Of a stretch of 64,000 nt of DNA, positions 40,016 through 51,343 are shown in pieces; position 1 is the first letter of the stretch, and each line of letters begins with the position of its first letter. Source of the DNA: Chiloscyllium plagiosum (taxonomy: Eukaryota); assembly GCF_004010195.1 (NCBI RefSeq), contig NC_057728.1, positions 54,343,378 to 54,407,377 on the forward strand, read 5' to 3'. The notes under the pieces were generated by a model. That model ran no database searches and had not been told where the DNA came from. It saw only the letters and a program-made list of their open reading frames with translations. Made by a program: the position numbers and the translations under genes.

Positions 40016-43000
40016 AATTAACATAAGACAGCACCTGCAACAGTGCTGCACTTCCTCGGAATGCCTGGTCTGGTCACCCAAGGGGGAGCTTTAACCCAGA
40101 ACCGGTTGATAATGTGGTAGGTTCTGTGTCCATGCTGTATTTGCTCATCTCAGTGGGAGCAGCATTGTGAGTAACTTGCTGTGGAGTTATAGCTGCTGAG
40201 GCACATGGGTAAGGGTCACTGGTGATTAATGGGCCTTCTCCCTTCCTTCTAATGTAACCATTCTATGATTCTAAAGTCTCAGCAGAGTGAGTATTGGGAT
40301 ATGATCTCGCACACAATCTATGTCACTGGGAAAGAGTGGGAGAGGTAAATTAAAAGTAGTTTTATTGTGACATGTCCCTGCTGTGCTTTTCCAGCACCAC
40401 ACTCTTGACTCTGATCTCCAGCATCTGCAGTGCTCACATTCTCCCTGTCACATGTACTCACTGGAGTATAGGAAAAAGTTTACAAATACGCAAAAGTGAG
40501 GACTGCAGTTTACTAAGTGTCCAGTTATGGTGTCATTTTAGGTACAAAGATATCAAGGTACAGATTCTTAAATACAACTCTTAGGAAAAAAATAGAAAAA
40601 TAAAGAAATTAAAACGTAGGAGGATAATAAGAGGGAGGGAGGGAGGAAGGGGTGGGGGTGGAAAAAAGGGTAGAGGAGAGGGACAAGAGAGGGACAGAGG
40701 GATAGGGAGGAAAGAGGAGGGAGGGTAGGAGAAAAGGAGGATAGAAGAAAAGNNNNNNNNNNNNNNNNNNNNNNNNNNNNNNNNNNNNNNNNNNNNGGAA
40801 GGGGAGGAGGTGGGATGGTAGGGAGGCACATCAGAGGGAGAGAGAAGTGGGGCAGAGTGCTGGAAGGGGGAAAGAAGTGAGGGCGGACAGTAATAGAGGG
40901 GAGGGGGTGGACGGCACACAACAAACAGGCTGTGTATTAATTTCTAAACAAGCGGTAAGAATAGTTTTTTTTCTGAATACCCTCCAAGTAAAAACATCTG
41001 TGGTCCTAACCTACGCCCAGCAATCTAAAGAGAGATGACAAATGTAATCTGCTGAGGAGTTTGGAGAGTGAGTTTCTGTGGGAGTGAGTCACCGCGATTG
41101 CTTTACTGTCCTCTGTAGTGATTGTTTTTGGATATTAGATTCCCTACAGTTTTGAAACAGGCCCTTCGGCCCAACAAGTTTCCACTGCCCCTCCGAAGAG
41201 CAACCGACCCAGACCCATTCCCCTGACCGATGTACCCAACACCTGGGGCAATTTATGATTTAGTGCCAACGGTCGAAAAATCCTGTTTATTTTTGAAGAT
41301 CGATAACTGGACGTTAAAGGCTGTTAGATAAAAGACCGGAAATTTAAATTCCTACATTTTAATAGGAGAGTGTTTCCTGAAAAGTTTCGTTGAACTATTG
41401 CGAATTAATCTGGTCACCTCCACCCCCTGACTTTGAAATTCCATCTTTTAGATGTTACAAAAGGGAGTTTTGTTTTAGCGCGTTGCGTGGACTCATTGGA
41501 CTGTTGTCTCCGGGGTGATAAAACTTAACTCTGTGAATTAAATTCGTCCAACCGCCCTTTCTGCTGTAAAAATCAAATCCCAGTCCAGCCCGAAGCCAGC
41601 CCTGATAAAGTTCTCCGTCTGTGTCAAGTAGACAGAAATTCTGCGCTCAAATTGTTGGCAAATCTGTGATCAATTCACTTTGTACCCAAAATCCATGACG
41701 AAGGAAGTGTGACAGGGACACTCTGTGAGATTGAATTAACCTCACACCAGATCACACTGTGTTTCAGGCAGTAAATGGAAGGATAGGAAAGTTAATAATA
41801 GAATCGACTTTAACAGAATAGCCCGAAACATAATGATCCGCTAGCCCTCACTGAGGTAAATGATTCAAGTTTTATTCCGCATTGTAAATGCATTGCAAAA
41901 AGGTTACATGCACCGTGGCAGATTCGTTTTGGATATGACCTGTTACAAACTGATGTTAGTTATGTTTTACACGTAATCCAGCTACTGGTCTTTTTTTTCC
42001 GTCTATAAATAAACATTAAATCTGCAGATTCCACCGCTGTACATTTAAATATGACCAGTTACTTTGGGAATCCCAGATGGTGGAATGGATTCAAGTGTTC
42101 CCTAGCTGGGGAGATCCAAAACGAAGAATTGTGGGTGCGAGAGATATGAAACACAGACGCACACAAAAGCAGAAATTCAGCAGGTCTGGCAGCATCTGTG
42201 GAGAAAGAAACTGAGTTAATGTTTCGGGGTCCAGTGAAGATTTAAGATGACGTATTTATTTTTGTTGCGAATGCAGTGCAGTGTCAAGCGAGCTGTAACT
42301 TAATCCTGCTGTACCCTGAACCCCCAGCCTACAGTCTGCTGAACACACTATACCAGAGCGTCTCTGGGTTGTCTGAAGGTGCCACTTGTCAATGGAGAAT
42401 TGTAAAGAGACGGTCTTCGTTACTTGCCTCCCACGCAAGGGGGTGGGGGGTGATAAACTCTGGGCACACATCTTTCTGTTTTCTGTAGAAGTGTTTGTTA
42501 TGTTACATGAAAGGATATCGCCCCCGAGTCTGCGGGGATATTTCCTGGGGCCCTCTGAATTACCAAGAAATCCCACCTCAATAAAATGATGCAACCAGTC
42601 CAGCATTTAACGTGTCAGACTAGCTGTTACCCAAGAGGGTTCAATGTCTGTGGGAAATATATTTACAAATCACAAATGAAGTGTCCTTTCCGTGTTAAAA
42701 ATATGCAATAAATAGCCTCAAGCGAAAGATTCACATATCTGAGGCGCTGAGTCCGTCATTGTTTTTCTTAAATACAGGCTATCAGCCCAAGTCTCGACTC
42801 ATATAATTTCCATTTCATTCAGCGTTATCAATCCTTTGATTTTTTTAACTGTAAACGAATCAGAAAAAAACCATCTCCCCTATATCCCACTCCTGACTAA
42901 TTTTATGCTCTGCAAACGCTCAATAACAGAGACATTTTAAAATTACCTTTCCGATAAAATGCTTGGTTTGTTTTGGCGGCAAACTGACGATAGATCTGAG

Positions 43001-43669
43001 CTTCCCCCAGACCCTCCAACCCCACTTCCTCACGAAATTCATAAGGAATACAGTATGAGCCGCATTTGTCGAATATTTGAAAAAAGATGGAATTTTACAG
43101 TGGAGTTAACTACATGCAATGCAGCCGAGAACATGGTGCATTCTTAGAAATTTGAGCATTTCGTTCAAATGCTTGCTCCGGATATTTCTTTAAAGTAATA
43201 AAGAGCCGCAGGCCTTTTCGGCATCATTCACTTGGACCGTGTAAAATACAACGACACCCAATCCGTTCCAAATGTCGGTGGAAACAATTTTACTTTCGAA
43301 ACCCTGCCAGCAGATCAGATGTGAATGGAAACGGTGGTTCTGCCAGAGGTTGGGAAATGTGTAGCAAGTGGTGCCACCGGCAGCTTTTTAAACAATTCCC
43401 ATTCAGAAACAACAAAAAAATCAGCGGACGCCAAACGGTGACTGATCGCGGAGAAATAACACATTAGCGCTTCCTGCCACAACAAAATACAGAGAAAAAG
43501 AATCCATGCTGACGTTGTGGGGCAATGCTTTTAACGACGGTTAATTATCCTGGGTTGATTTAAAAAAAGGAGCCTGCAATTATGTAACTTACACCGAGAA
43601 TTTACACGCTTCGTATTATTTGTATTCTCGAGTCCTGAAGTCATTTGTTTTGACTTATTTTATTGTATG

Positions 43670-44393
43670 TGTGTTTGTTTTGTTTTCTGCTGTCCATTTC
43701 ATTAAGGAACGGGAGGATGCCTCTTTATTTATTTCTCTTTGGCTTCCTCCCTCCCTCGTGTGTGAGCAGAGTGGAAATTCCTGCTTCCAATTGCAAAGGA
43801 GGGGGTTTAGACACAGCAGCTCTCTCTCTCTCTCCTTTGTGAATGGCACTTCTAAACCTCATTTGCATACACACCAGCCCCAGGTCGTCGCCCGGGCAAC
43901 GACTGTGACGTCATGCGAAGGAATCCGGGAGCCGATTGGCTGCGCGGGGCCGAATGTATCCATTTGTGGGGATGCTGTGTTTCTATTGGACAGAGGGGTT
44001 GAGCCCTGCTTTGTTACAGAGCAAGCGGCGCGGCGCCTCCCAGGGTCATTGAGAAAAAAAAACAAGAGAGACGTCCTGTTATCATTCAGCAATCCGGGGC
44101 TAGTCGCACACAGACTGATTGCAGATTCCTCTCTGAGGGAATTGACTTTTTTTTTGTGAAACCCACTCTCTCTTCCCTTCCAGCCGTTCAGAGCACTTTT
44201 GCAAAGCAAAACCGTTTGCATTTTGAAAGACATCCCCCCCCCCATTTATTTTCTTTAGTTGTTGGTGCAAGCGTTCCCATTGATTCACGCACAAGAGAGA
44301 GCATTTCTCGTGGCTGGCTGTTCTGGTTTCTCTCTCCGAGGGGGTTAGGTTTTGTTTTGACCTGATGCTCGGTCAGTAAAAGGTGTTGCCCCC
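43670..44393 (+). promoter_or_regulatory. DUSP6: DUSP6 proximal promoter / 5'UTR (CpG-rich)
   Basis: GGAAATTCC ETS palindrome 43773-43781, octamer ATTTGCAT 43861-43868, X-box GTCGCCCGGGCAAC 43887-43900, CRE TGACGTCA 43906-43913, inverted CCAAT at 43935 and 43985. CpG is retained from about 43880 through exon 1. Confidence 0.8.
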
Positions 44394-44793
44394 ATGTTAG
44401 AGAAATTTCCTTGCGCCCCGTTCGACTCGGAAATGGCGTTCTGCAAGGCGACGGGCTGGCTGCACGACCAGCTGGAGAGAGGCAACGACCGGCTATTGCT
44501 GGTGGACTGCCGAGCCCATGAGCTGTACGACTCGTCGCACATCGAGGCGGCCATCAACGTCGCCATCCCCGGGCTGATGCTGCGGCGCCTGAGGAAGGGC
44601 AACTTCCCGGTCAAGTCGCTCATCTCCAACAACGAGGACAAGGAGCGCTTCGCCCGGCGCTGCAACACAGACATCATCCTGCTGTATGACCAGAGCACTT
44701 TGGAGTGGAACGAGAACCTCAATGCGACCTCGGTGCTGGGCTTGCTGCTCAGAAAGTTAAAGGATGAGGGCTGCAAAGTGTTCTGCTTGGAAG
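44394..44793 (+). CDS. DUSP6: DUSP6 (MKP-3) coding exon 1: rhodanese/ERK-binding domain
   Basis: Translation [71 protein letters not shown]...[17 protein letters not shown] resembles vertebrate DUSP6, including the KIM (MLRRL). Donor GAAG|gtgag at 44794; 400 nt, phase 1. Confidence 0.97.
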
Positions 44794-45183
44794 GTGAGAG
44801 GCACCTGTTTCACAACGGCAACCTGTGTTTTCATTTTGTTTTAAAAGAAAGCAGAGAGATGATTATTTGAAAACGCTGTGATTGAAACTCTGCTGCAGGT
44901 CAGGGAGGGATGGAGGAACTCCCCCCCACTGGTCCAGTGTGTTCAGGTCCAGTTCAAATCCTCTACTTCCACCCCGCTTCTCCCCCACCCCCGCCGGTTA
45001 GATTTAAAAGTGTGAAGGGAACAGGCTTTATTGGGACGTGCAGAGAAACTGGAAGGGTAGCGAGCTGTAATAACCAGGAGTCGATGCTTTACATCATAAT
45101 TCTGAAACATGTTCTAAATGAAGAAGGGAATGATTTGCAGGATGTTGCGGAAGAGTTAGTGTGAGTGAACGGGGGCAAGAGGG

Positions 45184-48100
45184 AGTGTGTGAGAGTGAAT
45201 GAATAGGAGAGTGAGTGAGGGAATGAATAGGAGAGAGTGTGAGGGAATGGATAGGAGAGAGTGTGAGGGAATGAATAGGAGTGAGTGTGAGGGAATGGAT
45301 AGGAGAGAGTGTGAGGGAATGAATAGGAGTGACTGAGTGAGGGAATGAAGGAGAGAGTGTGAGGGAATGAATAGGAGTGAGTGTGAGGGAATGGATAGGA
45401 GAGAGTGTGAGGGAATGAATAGGAGTGAGTGTGAGGGAATGGATAGGAGAGAGTGTGAGGGAATGAATAGGAGTGAGTGTGAGGGAATGGATAGGAGAGA
45501 GTGTGAGGGAATGAATAGGAGTGAGTGTGAGGGAATGGATAGGAGAGAGTGTGAGGGAATGAATAGGAGTGAGTGTGAGGGAATGGATAGGAGAGAGTGT
45601 GAGGGAATGAATAGGAGTGAGTGTGAGGGAATGGATAGGAGAGAGTGTGAGGGAATGAATAGGAGTGAGTGTGAGGGAATGGATAGGAGAGAGTGTGAGG
45701 GAATGAATAGGAGTGAGTGTGAGGGAATGGATAGGAGAGAGTGTGAGGGAATGAATAGGAGTGAGTGTGAGGGAATGGATAGGAGAGAGTGTGAGGGAAT
45801 GAATAGGAGTGAGTGTGAGGGAATGGATAGGAGAGAGTGTGAGGGAATGAATAGGAGTGAGTGTGAGGGAATGGATAGGAGAGAGTGTGAGGGAATGAAT
45901 AGGAGTGAGTGTGAGGGAATGGATAGGAGAGAGTGTGAGGGAATGAATAGGAGTGAGTGTGAGGGAATGGATAGGAGAGAGTGTGAGGGAATGAATAGGA
46001 GTGAGTGTGAGGGAATGGATAGGAGAGAGTGTGAGGGAATGAATAGGAGTGAGTGTGAGGGAATGGATAGGAGAGAGTGTGAGGGAATGAATAGGAGTGA
46101 GTGTGAGGGAATGGATAGGAGAGAGTGTGAGGGAATGAATAGGAGTGAGTGTGAGGGAATGGATAGGAGAGAGTGTGAGGGAATGAATAGGAGTGAGTGT
46201 GAGGGAATGGATAGGAGAGAGTGTGAGGGAATGAATAGGAGTGAGTGTGAGGGAATGGATAGGAGAGAGTGTGAGGGAATGAATAGGAGTGAGTGTGAGG
46301 GAATGGATAGGAGAGAGTGTGAGGGAATGAATAGGAGTGAGTGTGAGGGAATGGATAGGAGAGAGTGTGAGGGAATGAATAGGAGTGAGTGTGAGGGAAT
46401 GGATAGGAGAGAGTGTGAGGGAATGAATAGGAGTGAGTGTGAGGGAATGGATAGGAGAGAGTGTGAGGGAATGAATAGGAGTGAGTGTGAGGGAATGGAT
46501 AGGAGAGAGTGTGAGGGAATGAATAGGAGTGAGTGTGAGGGAATGGATAGGAGAGAGTGTGAGGGAATGAATAGGAGTGAGTGTGAGGGAATGGATAGGA
46601 GAGAGTGTGAGGGAATGAATAGGAGTGAGTGTGAGGGAATGGATAGGAGAGAGTGTGAGGGAATGAATAGGAGTGAGTGTGAGGGAATGGATAGGAGAGA
46701 GTGTGAGGGAATGAATAGGAGTGAGTGTGAGGGAATGGATAGGAGAGAGTGTGAGGGAATGAATAGGAGTGAGTGTGAGGGAATGGATAGGAGAGAGTGT
46801 GAGGGAATGAATAGGAGTGAGTGTGAGGGAATGGATAGGAGAGAGTGTGAGGGAATGAATAGGAGTGAGTGTGAGGGAATGGATAGGAGAGAGTGTGAGG
46901 GAATGAATAGGAGTGAGTGTGAGGGAATGGATAGGAGAGAGTGTGAGGGAATGAATAGGAGTGAGTGTGAGGGAATGGATAGGAGAGAGTGTGAGGGAAT
47001 GAATAGGAGTGAGTGTGAGGGAATGGATAGGAGAGAGTGTGAGGGAATGAATAGGAGTGAGTGTGAGGGAATGGATAGGAGAGAGTGTGAGGGAATGAAT
47101 AGGAGTGAGTGTGAGGGAATGGATAGGAGAGAGTGTGAGGGAATGAATAGGAGTGAGTGTGAGGGAATGGATAGGAGAGAGTGTGAGGGAATGAATAGGA
47201 GTGAGTGTGAGGGAATGGATAGGAGAGAGTGTGAGGGAATGAATAGGAGTGAGTGTGAGGGAATGGATAGGAGAGAGTGTGAGGGAATGAATAGGAGTGA
47301 GTGTGAGGGAATGGATAGGAGAGAGTGTGAGGGAATGAATAGGAGTGAGTGTGAGGGAATGGATAGGAGAGAGTGTGAGGGAATGAATAGGAGTGAGTGT
47401 GAGGGAATGGATAGGAGAGAGTGTGAGGGAATGAATAGGAGTGAGTGTGAGGGAATGGATAGGAGAGAGTGTGAGGGAATGAATAGGAGTGAGTGTGAGG
47501 GAATGGATAGGAGAGAGTGTGAGGGAATGAATAGGAGTGAGTGTGAGGGAATGGATAGGAGAGAGTGTGAGGGAATGAATAGGAGTGAGTGTGAGGGAAT
47601 GGATAGGAGAGAGTGTGAGGGAATGAATAGGAGTGAGTGTGAGGGAATGGATAGGAGAGAGTGTGAGGGAATGAATAGGAGTGAGTGTGAGGGAATGGAT
47701 AGGAGAGAGTGTGAGGGAATGAATAGGAGTGAGTGTGAGGGAATGGATAGGAGAGAGTGTGAGGGAATGAATAGGAGTGAGTGTGAGGGAATGGATAGGA
47801 GAGAGTGTGAGGGAATGAATAGGAGTGAGTGTGAGGGAATGGATAGGAGAGAGTGTGAGGGAATGAATAGGAGTGAGTGTGAGGGAATGGATAGGAGAGA
47901 GTGTGAGGGAATGAATAGGAGTGAGTGTGAGGGAATGGATAGGAGAGAGTGTGAGGGAATGAATAGGAGTGAGTGTGAGGGAATGGATAGGAGAGAGTGT
48001 GAGGGAATGAATAGGAGTGAGTGTGAGGGAATGGATAGGAGAGAGTGTGAGGGAATGAATAGGAGTGAGTGTGAGGGAATGGATAGGAGAGAGTGTGAGG

Positions 48101-50688
48101 GAATGAATAGGAGTGAGTGTGAGGGAATGGATAGGAGAGAGTGTGAGGGAATGAATAGGAGTGAGTGTGAGGGAATGGATAGGAGAGAGTGTGAGGGAAT
48201 GAATAGGAGTGAGTGTGAGGGAATGGATAGGAGAGAGTGTGAGGGAATGAATAGGAGTGAGTGTGAGGGAATGGATAGGAGAGAGTGTGAGGGAATGAAT
48301 AGGAGTGAGTGTGAGGGAATGGATAGGAGAGAGTGTGAGGGAATGAATAGGAGTGAGTGTGAGGGAATGGATAGGAGAGAGTGTGAGGGAATGAATAGGA
48401 GTGAGTGTGAGGGAATGGATAGGAGAGAGTGTGAGGGAATGAATAGGAGTGAGTGTGAGGGAATGGATAGGAGAGAGTGTGAGGGAATGAATAGGAGTGA
48501 GTGTGAGGGAATGGATAGGAGAGAGTGTGAGGGAATGAATAGGAGTGAGTGTGAGGGAATGGATAGGAGAGAGTGTGAGGGAATGAATAGGAGTGAGTGT
48601 GAGGGAATGGATAGGAGAGAGTGTGAGGGAATGAATAGGAGTGAGTGTGAGGGAATGGATAGGAGAGAGTGTGAGGGAATGAATAGGAGTGAGTGTGAGG
48701 GAATGGATAGGAGAGAGTGTGAGGGAATGAATAGGAGTGAGTGTGAGGGAATGGATAGGAGAGAGTGTGAGGGAATGAATAGGAGTGAGTGTGAGGGAAT
48801 GGATAGGAGAGAGTGTGAGGGAATGAATAGGAGTGAGTGTGAGGGAATGGATAGGAGAGAGTGTGAGGGAATGAATAGGAGTGAGTGTGAGGGAATGGAT
48901 AGGAGAGAGTGTGAGGGAATGAATAGGAGTGAGTGTGAGGGAATGGATAGGAGAGAGTGTGAGGGAATGAATAGGAGTGAGTGTGAGGGAATGGATAGGA
49001 GAGAGTGTGAGGGAATGAATAGGAGTGAGTGTGAGGGAATGGATAGGAGAGAGTGTGAGGGAATGAATAGGAGTGAGTGTGAGGGAATGGATAGGAGAGA
49101 GTGTGAGGGAATGAATAGGAGTGAGTGTGAGGGAATGGATAGGAGAGAGTGTGAGGGAATGAATAGGAGTGAGTGTGAGGGAATGGATAGGAGAGAGTGT
49201 GAGGGAATGAATAGGAGTGAGTGTGAGGGAATGGATAGGAGAGAGTGTGAGGGAATGAATAGGAGTGAGTGTGAGGGAATGGATAGGAGAGAGTGTGAGG
49301 GAATGAATAGGAGTGAGTGTGAGGGAATGGATAGGAGAGAGTGTGAGGGAATGAATAGGAGTGAGTGTGAGGGAATGGATAGGAGAGAGTGTGAGGGAAT
49401 GAATAGGAGTGAGTGTGAGGGAATGGATAGGAGAGAGTGTGAGGGAATGAATAGGAGTGAGTGTGAGGGAATGGATAGGAGAGAGTGTGAGGGAATGAAT
49501 AGGAGTGAGTGTGAGGGAATGGATAGGAGAGAGTGTGAGGGAATGAATAGGAGTGAGTGTGAGGGAATGGATAGGAGAGAGTGTGAGGGAATGAATAGGA
49601 GTGAGTGTGAGGGAATGGATAGGAGAGAGTGTGAGGGAATGAATAGGAGTGAGTGTGAGGGAATGGATAGGAGAGAGTGTGAGGGAATGAATAGGAGTGA
49701 GTGTGAGGGAATGGATAGGAGAGAGTGTGAGGGAATGAATAGGAGTGAGTGTGAGGGAATGGATAGGAGAGAGTGTGAGGGAATGAATAGGAGTGAGTGT
49801 GAGGGAATGGATAGGAGAGAGTGTGAGGGAATGAATAGGAGTGAGTGTGAGGGAATGGATAGGAGAGAGTGTGAGGGAATGAATAGGAGTGAGTGTGAGG
49901 GAATGGATAGGAGAGAGTGTGAGGGAATGAATAGGAGTGAGTGTGAGGGAATGGATAGGAGAGAGTGTGAGGGAATGAATAGGAGTGAGTGTGAGGGAAT
50001 GGATAGGAGAGAGTGTGAGGGAATGAATAGGAGTGAGTGTGAGGGAATGGATAGGAGAGAGTGTGAGGGAATGAATAGGAGTGAGTGTGAGGGAATGGAT
50101 AGGAGAGAGTGTGAGGGAATGAATAGGAGTGAGTGTGAGGGAATGGATAGGAGAGAGTGTGAGGGAATGAATAGGAGTGAGTGTGAGGGAATGGATAGGA
50201 GAGAGTGTGAGGGAATGAATAGGAGTGAGTGTGAGGGAATGGATAGGAGAGAGTGTGAGGGAATGAATAGGAGTGAGTGTGAGGGAATGGATAGGAGAGA
50301 GTGTGAGGGAATGAATAGGAGTGAGTGTGAGGGAATGGATAGGAGAGAGTGTGAGGGAATGAATAGGAGTGAGTGTGAGGGAATGGATAGGAGAGAGTGT
50401 GAGGGAATGAATAGGAGTGAGTGTGAGGGAATGGATAGGAGAGAGTGTGAGGGAATGAATAGGAGTGAGTGTGAGGGAATGGATAGGAGAGAGTGTGAGG
50501 GAATGAATAGGAGTGAGTGTGAGGGAATGGATAGGAGAGAGTGTGAGGGAATGAATAGGAGTGAGTGTGAGGGAATGGATAGGAGAGAGTGTGAGGGAAT
50601 GAATAGGAGTGAGTGTGAGGGAATGGATAGGAGAGAGTGTGAGGGAATGAATAGGAGTGAGTGTGAGGGAATGGATAGGAGAGAGTGT
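45184..50688. repeat. Tandem array in DUSP6 intron 1, 48-bp unit made of two 24-bp subunits
   Basis: Unit GAGGGAATGAATAGGAGTGAGTGTGAGGGAATGGATAGGAGAGAGTGT. 111 apparently identical copies from 45361 to 50688, with degenerate copies upstream and a GA/GT-rich fringe to about 50800. Confidence 0.97.
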
Positions 50689-50908
50689 AGAGGGGGTGTG
50701 AGCGAATGGGGTGAGAGGGGTGTGAGTGAGTGAGCGAATGGGGGGGGCGGGGAGAGATGGGAGTGAGAGTGACTGATGCAGGAGAGAGTGTGAGGATGAA
50801 ATGAGTCTAGTCGCTCTCCCTTGTGTCTGCACTGTTCTGATTTTTTCCAGATAGATGAAACTAAAGTGGCTGTATTTTTCTTTTTGTTGTCCTCTCCTGT
50901 GTTCCCAG

Positions 50909-51343
50909 GCGGATTCAGTAAGTTCCAGGCGGAATACCCGACGCACTGTGAGAGTAACCTGGACAGCTCATGTGGGAGTTCCTCACCCACCGTGCCAGTG
51001 CTGGGTCTTGGGGGTCTCCGCATCAGCTCAGACTCATCCTCAGACATCGAGTCTGAGCCGGACTCTGGCAGCGCAACTGAGTGTGACAGCAGCCCCCTGT
51101 CCAACAACCAGCAGCCCTCGTTCCCTGTCGAGATCTTGCCCCATCTGTACCTGGGCTGCGCTAAAGACTCCACCAACTTGGATGTTCTGGAGGAGCATGG
51201 CATCAAGTATATCTTAAACGTGACTCCCAACCTGCCAAACCTCTTCGAGAATGTCGGCGAGTTCAAATATAAGCAAATCCCCATTTCCGATCACTGGAGT
51301 CAAAACCTCTCTCAATTCTTCCCCGAAGCCATTGCATTCATAG
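50909..51343 (+). CDS. DUSP6: DUSP6 coding exon 2: linker, NES and start of the phosphatase domain
   Basis: Polypyrimidine tract then cccag|GC. Encodes GFSKFQAEY...[26 protein letters not shown]...[25 protein letters not shown]...[24 protein letters not shown]. Donor G|gtagg at 51344; 435 nt. Confidence 0.97.

Noticed and set aside
43620..44776. ORFs 43620-44159(+), 43859-44245(-) and 44345-44776(-) as separate genes
   Set aside because: No recognisable domains; they overlap the DUSP6 promoter or are the antisense shadow of GC-rich exon 1.
45361..50688. CRISPR-like array
   Set aside because: There are no unique spacers, only contiguous tandem units, and the context is eukaryotic.
45094..51284. 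Giant ORFs of 1788, 1950 and 2042 aa
   Set aside because: They are stop-free frames of a 48-bp tandem repeat inside DUSP6 intron 1; nothing supports a real protein.
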